IMG/VR virus record: IMGVR_UViG_3300047316_000726
Span: 6,949 to 70,948 of that record
DNA: 64,000 bases
Reading direction: 5' to 3' (one strand)
DNA from: a virus
The position numbers and the translations under genes were made by a program. Shown piece after piece: positions 1-9,065 of the stretch (its first letter is position 1; each line of letters starts with the position of its first letter). The notes under the pieces were generated by a model. It was not told the DNA's origin and ran no database searches. It saw only the letters and a program-made list of their open reading frames with translations.

Positions 1-1815
1 GCCCAGCGGCGCCGCTGGGCCACCACCGTCATCATCGCTGGCGGGGCATGGCTGCTGTGGGCCGCGACATTCGGCCCCACCGAGGTCGCGACGCTGCTGC
101 TCGCCGGTGGGGGTGCGGCGCTGATGCTGCCGTACTGGACTCGCAACAGCCCCTGGCAACCCCACCTCGATCACGACGACGAGGAAGCCCTCGAGGAGTT
201 GCCTGAGGCGCCGACGCTGGAGCCAGTCGAGGTCCTCGACTCCCGAACCTCGACCCAGATGTTCTGGGACACCGTCGTTGCCGTGACCGTGTCCGCACTC
301 CGCGGCACCTACCTGTGCGACCCGCAGGTCACCGACGAGTTCGAGCAGTACACCATCCAACTCGCGGGCGGAACCCAAACCACCGCCGGCGCGATGGGCG
401 CGGCGACGAACGTCGCCTCAGCGTTCGGTCGCGGCCTGGACACCGTGTCGGTCCTCCCTCACCCCAGCGGCGCCCAGGACAAGGCGTTGCTGCGGCTACC
501 CATCGCGAACCCGCTACAGACCACGTTCTGGTACCCGGGCCCCGAGCAGGCCATCGACCTGCGCGACGGCAACATCCGGGTCCTCATCGGCTACCGCGGT
601 GACGGCACCCCCGTGTGGTGGACGTTCTACCTCGCCGACTTCGGCGGTCTCGGTGGCGCTGTGTTCGGCGACACCGGATCCGGTAAGAGCGAACTGCTCC
701 GCAGCCTCATCACGTCCGCCGCCTACAGCAACCTGATCACCCCGATCGTCGCGTGCCCGCAGGGCGGCGCCAGCTATCCGATGTGGATGAACAACGGGCA
801 CTGGCCCGCGGCGAACATCGACGAGATCCTCCGGCAGGGCCGCGCCCTGTTGAAGGCGCACGCCTCCCGCTCCGTGCTCAACAAGCTGATGAACCGCGAC
901 ATCCACATCCCCACCCCGCAAGCACCCGGCCTGATCTGGGTTGTCGACGAGTTCCACAAGATGAAGGGCAACACCGAGTTCTACGACATCGCCGACACCC
1001 TCGAACGCGAAGGCCGCAAGACGTTCATCCGCCTGCTGGCCGCAGACCAGGACCCCAGCGTCCCCGCCACCTTCGGGAACCGGTCGACACTGCGGTACTC
1101 GCTGCTGGCCGCCCAGGCGGTCACGCTGCGCCTGGGCGGCAACGTCGACTCCATGCTGCCGGGCATGCAGCTCGATCCCAGCAAGCTCGCCAAAACGTTC
1201 CCCGACGGCACACCCACCGCAGGCCTGGGCGTCCTGGTGGGAGAGTCCGAGGCGTTCCGGGTCGCTCGCCTGCGCGACGCCGCCGGGCTGGCCGCCAACG
1301 CGCCGACCGGCGCCATCGAGCCCGCAGTCGCGAACCGCATGGGCGAGGACTACACCCAGCGCCACGCCCGCAACCTCACCGACATCGCCGAAGCCGCCGC
1401 CGAGATGGAGCAGTGGGACCCCGAACTGGTCGCCGCCCTCGTCGCGGACAACCCGGAGCTGGCCGCCGCACTACCGCGGGTACGAGCGGAGCAGGCACGC
1501 CGTGCAGCCCAAGCCGCCACCCAGCCCGCCGGAACACCTGCCGCAACTGTGGTGCTGGATGTGCCGTCCATTCCCACGCTGCAGCTCATCCTCCCGTCGC
1601 CCACGGCACCGCCGCGTACGTGGACGTGCGTCGAGCGCGTCGACGACCTGCTCCGCCAAGGCATCACCCAGTTCGGCGAACTCATGGCCAGGGCCCGCAA
1701 GCCTGATGGCACGACCTACTCCGAGACCGCGATCCGCGGAGCACTGCGCGACCTGATCAACCAGGGACGTGCGCGCGACGGTGGCCACGGCCTCTTCGAG
1801 ACCACAGCAGCCTGA
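1..1815 (+). CDS. TraB/FtsK-SpoIIIE family DNA translocase (5' end lies outside the window)
   Basis: Frame open from base 1 with hydrophobic TM segments (WATTVIIAGGAWLLWAATF); Walker A GDTGSGKS; Walker B IWVVDEFH; C-terminal wHTH-like segment (SETAIRGALRDLINQGRA). This is the layout of actinomycete TraB proteins. Confidence 0.8.
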   Translation, partial: AQRRRWATTVIIAGGAWLLWAATFGPTEVATLLLAGGGAALMLPYWTRNSPWQPHLDHDDEEALEELPEAPTLEPVEVLDSRTSTQMFWDTVVAVTVSALRGTYLCDPQVTDEFEQYTIQLAGGTQTTAGAMGAATNVASAFGRGLDTVSVLPHPSGAQDKALLRLPIANPLQTTFWYPGPEQAIDLRDGNIRVLIGYRGDGTPVWWTFYLADFGGLGGAVFGDTGSGKSELLRSLITSAAYSNLITPIVACPQGGASYPMWMNNGHWPAANIDEILRQGRALLKAHASRSVLNKLMNRDIHIPTPQAPGLIWVVDEFHKMKGNTEFYDIADTLEREGRKTFIRLLAADQDPSVPATFGNRSTLRYSLLAAQAVTLRLGGNVDSMLPGMQLDPSKLAKTFPDGTPTAGLGVLVGESEAFRVARLRDAAGLAANAPTGAIEPAVANRMGEDYTQRHARNLTDIAEAAAEMEQWDPELVAALVADNPELAAALPRVRAEQARRAAQAATQPAGTPAATVVLDVPSIPTLQLILPSPTAPPRTWTCVERVDDLLRQGITQFGELMARARKPDGTTYSETAIRGALRDLINQGRARDGGHGLFETTAA

Positions 1816-1826
1816 GAGGGCACGAC

Positions 1827-2414
1827 ATGAGCACACTCATCCCGTCCGTGCCCGGCACCGGGCCCACAGCCAGGCGGCACGGCAGCCGTGCACGCGGCGC
1901 GGGCCGCACCTCGACACCAGCGGTTGTGGTCACGGCACTGGCTGTCGTCGGTGTGATCGGCTTCGTCGGCATCCACGCCGCCACCACAAACACTGTGGTC
2001 GCCGAACCCGCCGGCAGTGCGGTGGCAGACATTCCCGCTGACCATCTCGCCCTGTACCGGGCTGCGGGTTCGATCTGTCCCGGCGTGGACTGGGCTGTGC
2101 TTGCTGGGATCGGGAAGATCGAAACCAACCACGGCCGCTCCACCTTGCCCGGGGTCCACAGTGGGGCGAACTCCGCTGGCGCCGAGGGGGAAATGCAGTT
2201 CCTGCGCGGCACGTGGGACGCGGTCCGTGCACGGCACCCCGACATCGGACCCAACCCGTACGCGGCGAGCGACGCGATCCCCGCGGCCGCCCACTACCTG
2301 TGCGACTCCGGCGCCACCGCAAACCTGTACAGGGCGATCTTTCAGTACAACCACGCCGACTGGTACGTCCGCGAAGTCCTCGACCAGGCCGCCGCATACC
2401 GCGCCGCCGGATGA
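1827..2414 (+). CDS. Lytic transglycosylase (SLT-like), membrane anchored
   Basis: N-terminal TM helix; WAVLAGIGKIETNHG (catalytic Glu), GAEGEMQFLRGTW, AIFQYNHADWYV motifs. Confidence 0.85.
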   Translation: MSTLIPSVPGTGPTARRHGSRARGAGRTSTPAVVVTALAVVGVIGFVGIHAATTNTVVAEPAGSAVADIPADHLALYRAAGSICPGVDWAVLAGIGKIETNHGRSTLPGVHSGANSAGAEGEMQFLRGTWDAVRARHPDIGPNPYAASDAIPAAAHYLCDSGATANLYRAIFQYNHADWYVREVLDQAAAYRAAG

Positions 2415-2432
2415 CTTTTGAGGAGAATCCAC

Positions 2433-3086
2433 ATGATCAAGCAGGTCCTCGTGTCTACCGTCCTCGTCCTCGCGGTCGGCGGCACCGCAGGCGCATGCAC
2501 AGCCGAATCGCTTTCTCCAACCGCGTCCACCCCAACGACGCGGCTGGCGACACTAACGATCCGGCCAGCCGCCCTCACATCGGTACCCGCTGATATCACC
2601 ACCGCGTTCGCCATCGATGGTGACCCCGACCGGGATCGGCCGCTGGGCTCCCGATGCTCACTCCGGTCGCTAGTGATATCCGGACAAGGCACGCATGGCC
2701 ATGGCGATACCGGTGGCCTTTGCGGCACAGCAACTTCCGGTGATTGGACCCCACTGCTGGGCGGCCCGGTCGCGCACGACCCGACCACGCTCGACATCGG
2801 CTACGTGATTCCCCTGGCCGAGGCGTGGCGCTCTGGTGCAAACCAGCCTGACTTCGATCGTGCCGCGTTCGCTACGGACCCCACGTGGGAACGGACTGTG
2901 ATCACGCCCGGCTCGGACCAGGCGCGCGGCGACCATGCCCCGGATGCCTGGCAGCCTGCGGCATCAGCACAGTGCCACTACGTCGGGGCGTGGATCAACG
3001 CCAAGTGGGCCTGGCATCTGAGCATGACCCAGGCCGAACACGACGCGTTCGCTGCTGCCCTTGCCACCTGCCTGCCCACGCCCTGA
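2433..3086 (+). CDS. Secreted/lipoprotein DUF1524-like (HNH-fold) protein, catalytic residues degenerate
   Basis: AGGAG RBS; signal peptide ending GAC; LDIGYVIPLAEAWRSGA...WQP...C.Y...W...K..W.LS matches the DUF1524 pattern, but DH is replaced by GY. Confidence 0.7.
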   Translation: MIKQVLVSTVLVLAVGGTAGACTAESLSPTASTPTTRLATLTIRPAALTSVPADITTAFAIDGDPDRDRPLGSRCSLRSLVISGQGTHGHGDTGGLCGTATSGDWTPLLGGPVAHDPTTLDIGYVIPLAEAWRSGANQPDFDRAAFATDPTWERTVITPGSDQARGDHAPDAWQPAASAQCHYVGAWINAKWAWHLSMTQAEHDAFAAALATCLPTP

Positions 3087-3103
3087 CCTCCAGGAGTCCG
3101 ATC

Positions 3104-3463
3104 ATGCGTAAGTTCGCGCTCGCCGTCATGGCCGTCATCGTGGTGCTCTACATCGTCGGCCACCTCCCGACGTCGGTGGCTGACCAGAAGTCGATCCAGC
3201 AGCAGGTGGCTACCTCGGGCACCACGCCGATCCCGGCCGCCGCGCTCGCCCCAATGGTGGTCAACGGGCCCTCATACCTTCGTGCCGGAGGCGTGCAGCG
3301 GTGGTCCGTGATCTGCATTCCTGCCGACACCGTGCCATTCGAGTTCGACGCCGCCGTGCACTGGCGGGAGGTCGAAGTGTCCGAGCAAGGCCCAGACGGA
3401 CCGGACGGCTATTGGAAGTCGGGCCGCCCGTGCCCGACCGGCAACCTCCTCGCGGGCGGCTGA
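3104..3463 (+). CDS. Hypothetical secreted/membrane protein
   Basis: AGGAG RBS, N-terminal hydrophobic helix, operon packing. Confidence 0.65.
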   Translation: MRKFALAVMAVIVVLYIVGHLPTSVADQKSIQQQVATSGTTPIPAAALAPMVVNGPSYLRAGGVQRWSVICIPADTVPFEFDAAVHWREVEVSEQGPDGPDGYWKSGRPCPTGNLLAGG

Positions 3464-3464
3464 C

Positions 3465-4262
3465 GTGTGCACCGGACGTACTCACGCGATGCAGGGCGCG
3501 ATCGTCGGCCTGGTCGTGCCCGCGCTGTGCCCGACCTTGTTCGGCTACACGCCGAACCTGCCTGCCGTCCTGCTCGGCGCCGTGTTGGCCACGGGCGGCG
3601 CGTTGATCCCGGACTTGGACACTCTCAGCTCGACCGCCACCAGCTCGTTCGGCCCGGTCACCGACCTCGTGTCCAGGATGTTGAGGTGGCTGTCGCGCCT
3701 GGCGTTCCGGCTCACCGCGACCCGCACCGACCGTGCCCGCACCAAGGGCACCCACCGCGGCCTCACCCACACCCTCGTGTTCGCCATCGCGCTGGGCGCC
3801 GCGACCGCATGGCTGGCCGGCTACGGGCTGCCTGCGGTCCTGGCCATCGTGTTCATCGTCAGCTTCCTCGCCCTGCGTGGCCTGCCGCCGGTTGAGAAGA
3901 ACCTGACTGACGTGGTCACGGCGGCCGCGATCACCGGCCTGACGTGGCTCACCGTCGACGTATCGGCACTGCCGGGCTGGTGGGTGGGCGCCGCGATCGG
4001 CGCAGGCGCCCTAACCCACACCCTCGGGGACGCGATCACCGACCAGGGCGTGCCACTGCTCGCACCGATCCCGCTGGGCAACCGAACCTGGCGTCCACTC
4101 GGGACACCCCGGTTCTTGCGGATCTCCACCGGTCACTGGGTCGAGCTGAAGCTGCTGCTGTGGCTCAACAGCGCGGCGTTGGCCGTGCTGCTGATCAACC
4201 TCACACCGGGCGGCCACGAGGACCTGGTCGCGATCCTCGGCCACCACCAGGCCGCGGCCTGA
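3465..4262 (+). CDS. Membrane metal-dependent hydrolase (YdjM-like)
   Basis: GRTH, LIPDLD, HRGLTHT and THTLGD motifs; several TM helices. Confidence 0.85.
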   Translation: MCTGRTHAMQGAIVGLVVPALCPTLFGYTPNLPAVLLGAVLATGGALIPDLDTLSSTATSSFGPVTDLVSRMLRWLSRLAFRLTATRTDRARTKGTHRGLTHTLVFAIALGAATAWLAGYGLPAVLAIVFIVSFLALRGLPPVEKNLTDVVTAAAITGLTWLTVDVSALPGWWVGAAIGAGALTHTLGDAITDQGVPLLAPIPLGNRTWRPLGTPRFLRISTGHWVELKLLLWLNSAALAVLLINLTPGGHEDLVAILGHHQAAA

Positions 4263-4311
4263 GCAACGTCCGCGCGTACTTCCCCGGCGCGCGGCAGGCG
4301 GAAACGCCAAA

Positions 4312-4350
4312 AGGCCCTCGTGCTCACCAGAACGGTGAGCACGAGGGCCT
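4312..4350. terminator. Bidirectional terminator-like hairpin between convergent modules
   Basis: Perfect 17-bp inverted repeat AGGCCCTCGTGCTCACC-agaac-GGTGAGCACGAGGGCCT. Confidence 0.8.
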
Positions 4351-4370
4351 CATTGCTGTGTGGGTACTGC

Positions 4371-4709
4371 TCAGTCGCTTGGTGGCATGCCGTCGTCGTC
4401 AGCGCGCTGACTGTCCGTAGTGTCGGCGGTGAGCGCTTCGAGGTCGCGGGCGCATTCCTCCGTGATCTCATCGAGGCGCCGCCCGAACCTGCCGAGCGAG
4501 CGCAGCGTCCCGATCAACCGCTCGCGGTCTTCGTTGTCTGGTCCTATCGAGAACCGCATCGGCTGTCTCCTTGACTGCTCGGCGTCAACTCGTTGCGCCT
4601 CCAATGCGCATGACGGGCAGAGATGGGGTCCACCGCACGGAAACAGTGGCGGGGAAGGGACTGTGGGCTCGCCGTGACCTACCCAGTGGCCATGCGTCGT
4701 CCAGCTCAT
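4371..4709 (-). CDS. Hypothetical protein with CxxxxxCxxC cluster
   Basis: ORF follows the lysis cassette co-directionally. Confidence 0.5.
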   Translation of the reverse strand: MSWTTHGHWVGHGEPTVPSPPLFPCGGPHLCPSCALEAQRVDAEQSRRQPMRFSIGPDNEDRERLIGTLRSLGRFGRRLDEITEECARDLEALTADTTDSQRADDDGMPPSD

Positions 4710-4724
4710 CGGGCAGCAGGTTCC

Positions 4725-5588
4725 TCAGCGGGTCGGTTTCAGAAGCGGCGGGGCGGTCGAGGTGGACGGCGTCACCGCGGGGCACGAGTAGGTCGGGGAA
4801 CTGTCCGGCGATTTGGGGTCCCGCGTGCACTGATAGGTGCGCCCCAGCGTGTCCGTCCATGTCCATCCGGCGGGCGGCTGCCCAGCGGTACCCGGCAGTC
4901 CTTGCGGCCCAGTCGGTCCTGGTGGTCCTGCGGGGAGCGGACCGGCGTCCTCGGTGATGCTGTCGGTGTAGGTGACGATCAGGTGCCCGTTGTTGTTCGT
5001 GACGGACTGGACCCCGCGCCCGGCAGCGCCGGTCGCGCCGACGGCACCGTCTTTCCCGACGACCTGCCCGGCGTCCGCGGTCGACCCGTCCGAGTAGGAC
5101 AGCACCAGGTGCCCGCTGGTCGCGTTCGCACCGGTGATCCCACGACCAGCTGGTCCGGTCACACCGGCCGCGCCTTGAACCTGCCCCTTGTCCTCCGTCG
5201 CACCGTCCGAGTACGTGACGAACAGATGGCCCGCACTGATCGACGTCCCGGTGATCCCGCGCCCCGCCGGACCAGTCGGCCCCGGTGAGCCTGTGGGCCC
5301 CGGCGGCGGCTCGACCTTCGGCGTGCCGCCCAACTGCTTCACCTGATCGGCAAGAGTCTGCGCGGCATCATGATTCACCTCGGCCGCCGCACGGTTCTTC
5401 TGATCACTCGCGGCAAGCGTGTCGACCTCCGCCTGCAACCCGTTCGCACGGAGCAGGAACAAGGCCGCCAGAGCAAGAAACGCCGCGACGGCGACCGCAC
5501 CGAACACCGCCATCTTCACGTGCCCACGACGATCCCGAGCGCCCTTGGCGGCCGGTGTGGACGCTGCCTCCCGGATGTCATCGGTCAC
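4725..5588 (-). CDS. Collagen-like membrane-anchored protein of the lysis cassette
   Basis: N-terminal TM helix, coiled coil, G-X-Y triplets interrupted by three AGRG(I/V)...GHL..(T/S)Y(S/T)D repeats, C-terminal Cys pair. Confidence 0.75.
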   Translation of the reverse strand: MTDDIREAASTPAAKGARDRRGHVKMAVFGAVAVAAFLALAALFLLRANGLQAEVDTLAASDQKNRAAAEVNHDAAQTLADQVKQLGGTPKVEPPPGPTGSPGPTGPAGRGITGTSISAGHLFVTYSDGATEDKGQVQGAAGVTGPAGRGITGANATSGHLVLSYSDGSTADAGQVVGKDGAVGATGAAGRGVQSVTNNNGHLIVTYTDSITEDAGPLPAGPPGPTGPQGLPGTAGQPPAGWTWTDTLGRTYQCTRDPKSPDSSPTYSCPAVTPSTSTAPPLLKPTR

Positions 5589-5842
5589 TCGCCCTCGACC
5601 TCCTTCCGGTGCCGCTTGGCATGCAGTTCACGCAGCTTCGCCAGCTCGTCGACAGTGATCTGCCCGTCCGCGACCGCGGTGAGCATCTCTTCCACCGCAC
5701 GGTCAGCCGCATCAGTCGCGGCGTCCTTCCGTTCCCGCCTGGACGACCGCAGCCACGTGACGACCAAGGCGACCGAGGACGTGACTCCGGTGAACATGGT
5801 GCCGATCGCGCCGAGCAGAGTGGCCAGATCACCCACGTTCAC
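5585..5842 (-). CDS. Single-TM holin-like protein
   Basis: N-terminal TM helix, basic stretch, position in lysis cassette. Confidence 0.55.
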   Translation of the reverse strand: MNVGDLATLLGAIGTMFTGVTSSVALVVTWLRSSRRERKDAATDAADRAVEEMLTAVADGQITVDELAKLRELHAKRHRKEVEGE

Positions 5843-5878
5843 CTCCCCGCTGCGTCACGGATGCCACGGCGAGCAGGC

Positions 5879-6211
5879 TTACTGCTTGAACGAGGATGGA
5901 GGCGTGGACCGGGATCCGATGCGCTGCATCGCCACCGTGGCACCGACTGGCTTCCAGAAACCCAGATGGCTGCCCACCCCGAAAAGGAACGTCCCGACGA
6001 ACGTCAGGAGCGTCGCGCCAAGATCGAACGGGGTGTGGTTGGCCAACGAATCACCGAAGGTCATGACCGCGGTCGTCAAGGCTGACAGGGCGATCAGCAC
6101 GACAGCTTTCACGCCCGCGCTGGTGTTGACCTGCGTGACCAGCCCGGTCAGGAGCGGGAGAACTACGCCGACCAGTAGCGAAATCACCTGAGCAGGATCG
6201 AAGTGCACCAT
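5879..6211 (-). CDS. Holin
   Basis: 110 aa, three TM segments, basic C-terminus, next to lysins. Confidence 0.75.
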   Translation of the reverse strand: MVHFDPAQVISLLVGVVLPLLTGLVTQVNTSAGVKAVVLIALSALTTAVMTFGDSLANHTPFDLGATLLTFVGTFLFGVGSHLGFWKPVGATVAMQRIGSRSTPPSSFKQ

Positions 6212-6224
6212 GATGTTTGTCCTT

Positions 6225-7193
6225 TCAGGACAGGCCCTTCACGGCCAGCCAGGTTCTGACGGCAGTGGCCGCCTTCTTGTTGTCACCGGTGTGCCGCTCG
6301 CTCAGCCACGTCCGAACAGCTGTTGCCAGAGCCCGGTCGGCCGAGTCCACAGCTGGCGCAGGAGGCTCCGGTGTCGGGGAGGGGCTGGGAGTGCCGCCGG
6401 GAAACGGACGCCCGGTGAGGGCGGTGTAGTCCGCTGCGAGAGAGGACAGGTTCACCCCCTGCTGGAATCCGGTGGCGCCGAGGTGCTCGGGCCAGACCAC
6501 GACGTAGGCCTCCTGGACCTGGTGCTGCCAGAAGGAATCCGTGAGCGCCACGACTTCGGCCCACGTCACGACGGACAGGTCACCGCCCGTCGCCGACGAC
6601 GTGTACGCGCCAGTCAGCACGGCGTGGCCGCCCCACTGCGACGAGGACTGGTAGTCCCACAAGCCGTTGTTGGTCTGCGTCTGCTGTGCCACCTCGAGGT
6701 CGACACCGAGCAGCAGCGATCCGAAGATGGAGACCGCGGCCCGCACCTCGTCCAGGTTGGACACATCGACCGATGCGAACGCCAGAGCCTTCACGCCGCC
6801 GATTCCGCCGGAGACGACGGCTTGCAGCATGGTCTTCATGTCCACGCCGTTGTCGTCGACACCAGTGGCCGGGTCGAAGGTCGGGTTGCCGCTGCGCCGG
6901 TACAGGTCGAACACGTCGGCCTGCGACGGCGAATGCTCGGCGCCGCCCAGGTAGCGGGTGATCAGCTTCCGGCAGTTCGCGACCGACGTCGGCCCGCAGT
7001 CACCGAACTGGTCGTTCTCGTACAAGCCCCAGTCCACGACTTCCGAGAAGTGGTTAGCCGCAGCGGGATGTGCGGGCACGACGCCGGTGAGGTAGCGACC
7101 GAGCTGGAGAGTGCGACGGTTCGGGTCGTGCGGGCGCCGCCCGAGTCGACGGCCGGGCACGAGCTGCGTCTCGACGTGGGCGTCAGCAGGCAT
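6225..7193 (-). CDS. Papain-like cysteine peptidase, putative second endolysin
   Basis: NDQFGDCG (Gln...Cys) and GGHAVL (His) motifs; Pro-rich linker plus helical C-terminal domain; start chosen at GAGAGGA RBS. Confidence 0.6.
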   Translation of the reverse strand: MPADAHVETQLVPGRRLGRRPHDPNRRTLQLGRYLTGVVPAHPAAANHFSEVVDWGLYENDQFGDCGPTSVANCRKLITRYLGGAEHSPSQADVFDLYRRSGNPTFDPATGVDDNGVDMKTMLQAVVSGGIGGVKALAFASVDVSNLDEVRAAVSIFGSLLLGVDLEVAQQTQTNNGLWDYQSSSQWGGHAVLTGAYTSSATGGDLSVVTWAEVVALTDSFWQHQVQEAYVVVWPEHLGATGFQQGVNLSSLAADYTALTGRPFPGGTPSPSPTPEPPAPAVDSADRALATAVRTWLSERHTGDNKKAATAVRTWLAVKGLS

Positions 7194-7240
7194 GCTGTGG
7201 GTCCTCTCGGTTCTCATGGTTCTCGGCGTACGTATCCCCG

Positions 7241-8032
7241 TCAGTCGTTGGGGTTCGGGTCGGTGCCGAGGCGCTCGGCGAGTTCGGCCGCGACAGCGTT
7301 CTTCAGCTGGGCGGCCAACTTGACGGCGACCTTGGTGGCCAGCGCGTCGAGGTCCACGTTCGGCGCCACCACCTGAGAGATCAGGCTCGAGATCTTGGTG
7401 TCCACCTCGGTGCGCACAGTCGCGACGTCGGCGTGCATGGCGGTGATCTGCGCGTCCGACCAGGCGGCCATGGCGAGCAGTGACGTGGTTCCGGTCTGGC
7501 CGGCTCCTTGCCGCTGGATCGGATAGTTGAGCAGTTGCAGGATCTCGTCGGGGGTCACTGGTCCTCCTTGGGGGGCGTCCACGCCTGGCCAGTAGTCAGC
7601 CACGACCGAGAGGTCGTAGCCGCCTGCGTCGGTGTGCTGGTGGGCCACGCTGCCGGGGTAGAGCACAGGGCCAGGCCCCGGATAGGCGGCGACCCAGTAG
7701 TGCGGCTCAGGGACACCCTGGGACTTGAACGCGTTGATGACGTAGGGCCACCACGCCTCGGAGCAGTACACGGTGGGGTCGACACCAGCGCGGCGCCGCA
7801 TGAGCACCCAGGGGGGGCACTGATCTGGTGTGGCGTCGCCGGTCTCGCAGTCGAGCACATGCCCGTCGCTGGTGGACGGGAACACGGCGATGCGCACCTT
7901 CACGGTCCCGGTTCCCCAGCGAGCCCAATCTGCGGCTGACCACGCATACCGGCCGTCGACATACCCAGCGACCATCGCCGCAGTCGTCGGGATCGCACTC
8001 GGCGTCACCGAGTCGTACATGAGGCGCGTCAT
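7241..8032 (-). CDS. Endolysin, GH25/DUF1906-like muramidase with helical C-terminal domain
   Basis: MYDSVTPSAIP...VAGYVDGRYAW...VLDCETGD...PTVYCS...YWVAAY...AHQH pattern; ATGA overlap with the upstream gene. Confidence 0.75.
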   Translation of the reverse strand: MTRLMYDSVTPSAIPTTAAMVAGYVDGRYAWSAADWARWGTGTVKVRIAVFPSTSDGHVLDCETGDATPDQCPPWVLMRRRAGVDPTVYCSEAWWPYVINAFKSQGVPEPHYWVAAYPGPGPVLYPGSVAHQHTDAGGYDLSVVADYWPGVDAPQGGPVTPDEILQLLNYPIQRQGAGQTGTTSLLAMAAWSDAQITAMHADVATVRTEVDTKISSLISQVVAPNVDLDALATKVAVKLAAQLKNAVAAELAERLGTDPNPND

Positions 8033-8484
8033 GAGATCAGCCCTCTGACGTAGATCTCGCCCTCGAAATCCGCCACCGACGCGACGTGCTTTCCGCCGTG
8101 CCCGCGGTGATGGAACACGCACAGCAGCTCAAGGTTCTCCGCCTGATCGAGCCACGCCCCGATGCCCTGCGCGGACACCCCGGGGTAATCGCGCTCCAGC
8201 AGCGCCAGGTCCACGCCATTCTGCAGCGCGAACTCGATGTGCTTGTGGTGGCACTCCAACGGCTTCGTCAGATCACACTCAGACTCGTCGCCACCGCGGT
8301 GCTCGACAGCGAAGTCACAGTGGTAGGTGCCGTCGACCTTGCGGCGTCGTTTGTATTCGTCGAAGTCATGTTTGTGCGGGTCGTGCTCGCGGGGCTCATG
8401 GGCAGGGAAGCGCACCGAATAGGAGTGCGTCATCTTCTGATCGTGGGCGGCGACTTCGTCAGTGGGACCTGCTGATTCGGCCAT
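8029..8484 (-). CDS. His-rich HNH-like protein
   Basis: LECHHKHIE...NLELLCVFHH...H resembles the HNH beta-beta-alpha-metal motif. Confidence 0.5.
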   Translation of the reverse strand: MAESAGPTDEVAAHDQKMTHSYSVRFPAHEPREHDPHKHDFDEYKRRRKVDGTYHCDFAVEHRGGDESECDLTKPLECHHKHIEFALQNGVDLALLERDYPGVSAQGIGAWLDQAENLELLCVFHHRGHGGKHVASVADFEGEIYVRGLIS

Positions 8485-8494
8485 CGGTCGCTCC

Positions 8495-9034
8495 TCAGCG
8501 GATCGGCCGGGGACCGTCAACCGGCGCGGCGTCGGGCTCGGGCTGCTCGGGATCCAGCGACGGCACCATCGGCACCTGCGGGACCGGGGTCACGGTGGCG
8601 TGCTGCCAGTCCAACTCGCCCACACACATCCCGTATTCGTTGCGGTGCGGCCAATCGACCGTGAGGACCTGATAGTCATCGGCCCCGATCCTCACCTGCT
8701 GGCCTGGTTGCAGCGGGGCGTGATGGCAGCCCGCGAACAACTCGATGCCAGTTTCGTCCAGGACCCGCACCCGTGCCTCGGGTGTGCCTGTGACCGGCCG
8801 CAGGTGCCGGTCGAGGTAGAGCGGTGCTTTCGGTTCGGAATGGATAGTCAGCTCGGCGGAGTTGCGGTCGGCGGCGACGGTGACGGCGACGAGGACGTGC
8901 CAGAACGCTGGGTCCAGCCCAGGGCACTGCACGCGGGACTGCAACCACTCCCCGAACGACGTGGGGAGGAATCCGCCGCCGCCAGTGGGTTGGGCCGGGA
9001 TCTCGGGATAGACGGTGAGGCGGCAAAGGAACAT
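8495..9034 (-). CDS. Hypothetical protein at end of tail module
   Basis: Co-directional ORF between tail and lysis genes. Confidence 0.55.
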   Translation of the reverse strand: MFLCRLTVYPEIPAQPTGGGGFLPTSFGEWLQSRVQCPGLDPAFWHVLVAVTVAADRNSAELTIHSEPKAPLYLDRHLRPVTGTPEARVRVLDETGIELFAGCHHAPLQPGQQVRIGADDYQVLTVDWPHRNEYGMCVGELDWQHATVTPVPQVPMVPSLDPEQPEPDAAPVDGPRPIR

Positions 9035-9065
9035 CGCGGGCGCCCTTTCATGAAACGTCGTGGGG

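Noticed and set aside
514-1365. 283-aa - strand ORF
   Set aside because: Antisense shadow of the motif-bearing TraB gene, a common artefact in high-GC DNA.
6210-7376. 388-aa + strand ORF
   Set aside because: Antisense to the peptidase and lysin genes; Arg/Gly-rich and not protein-like.
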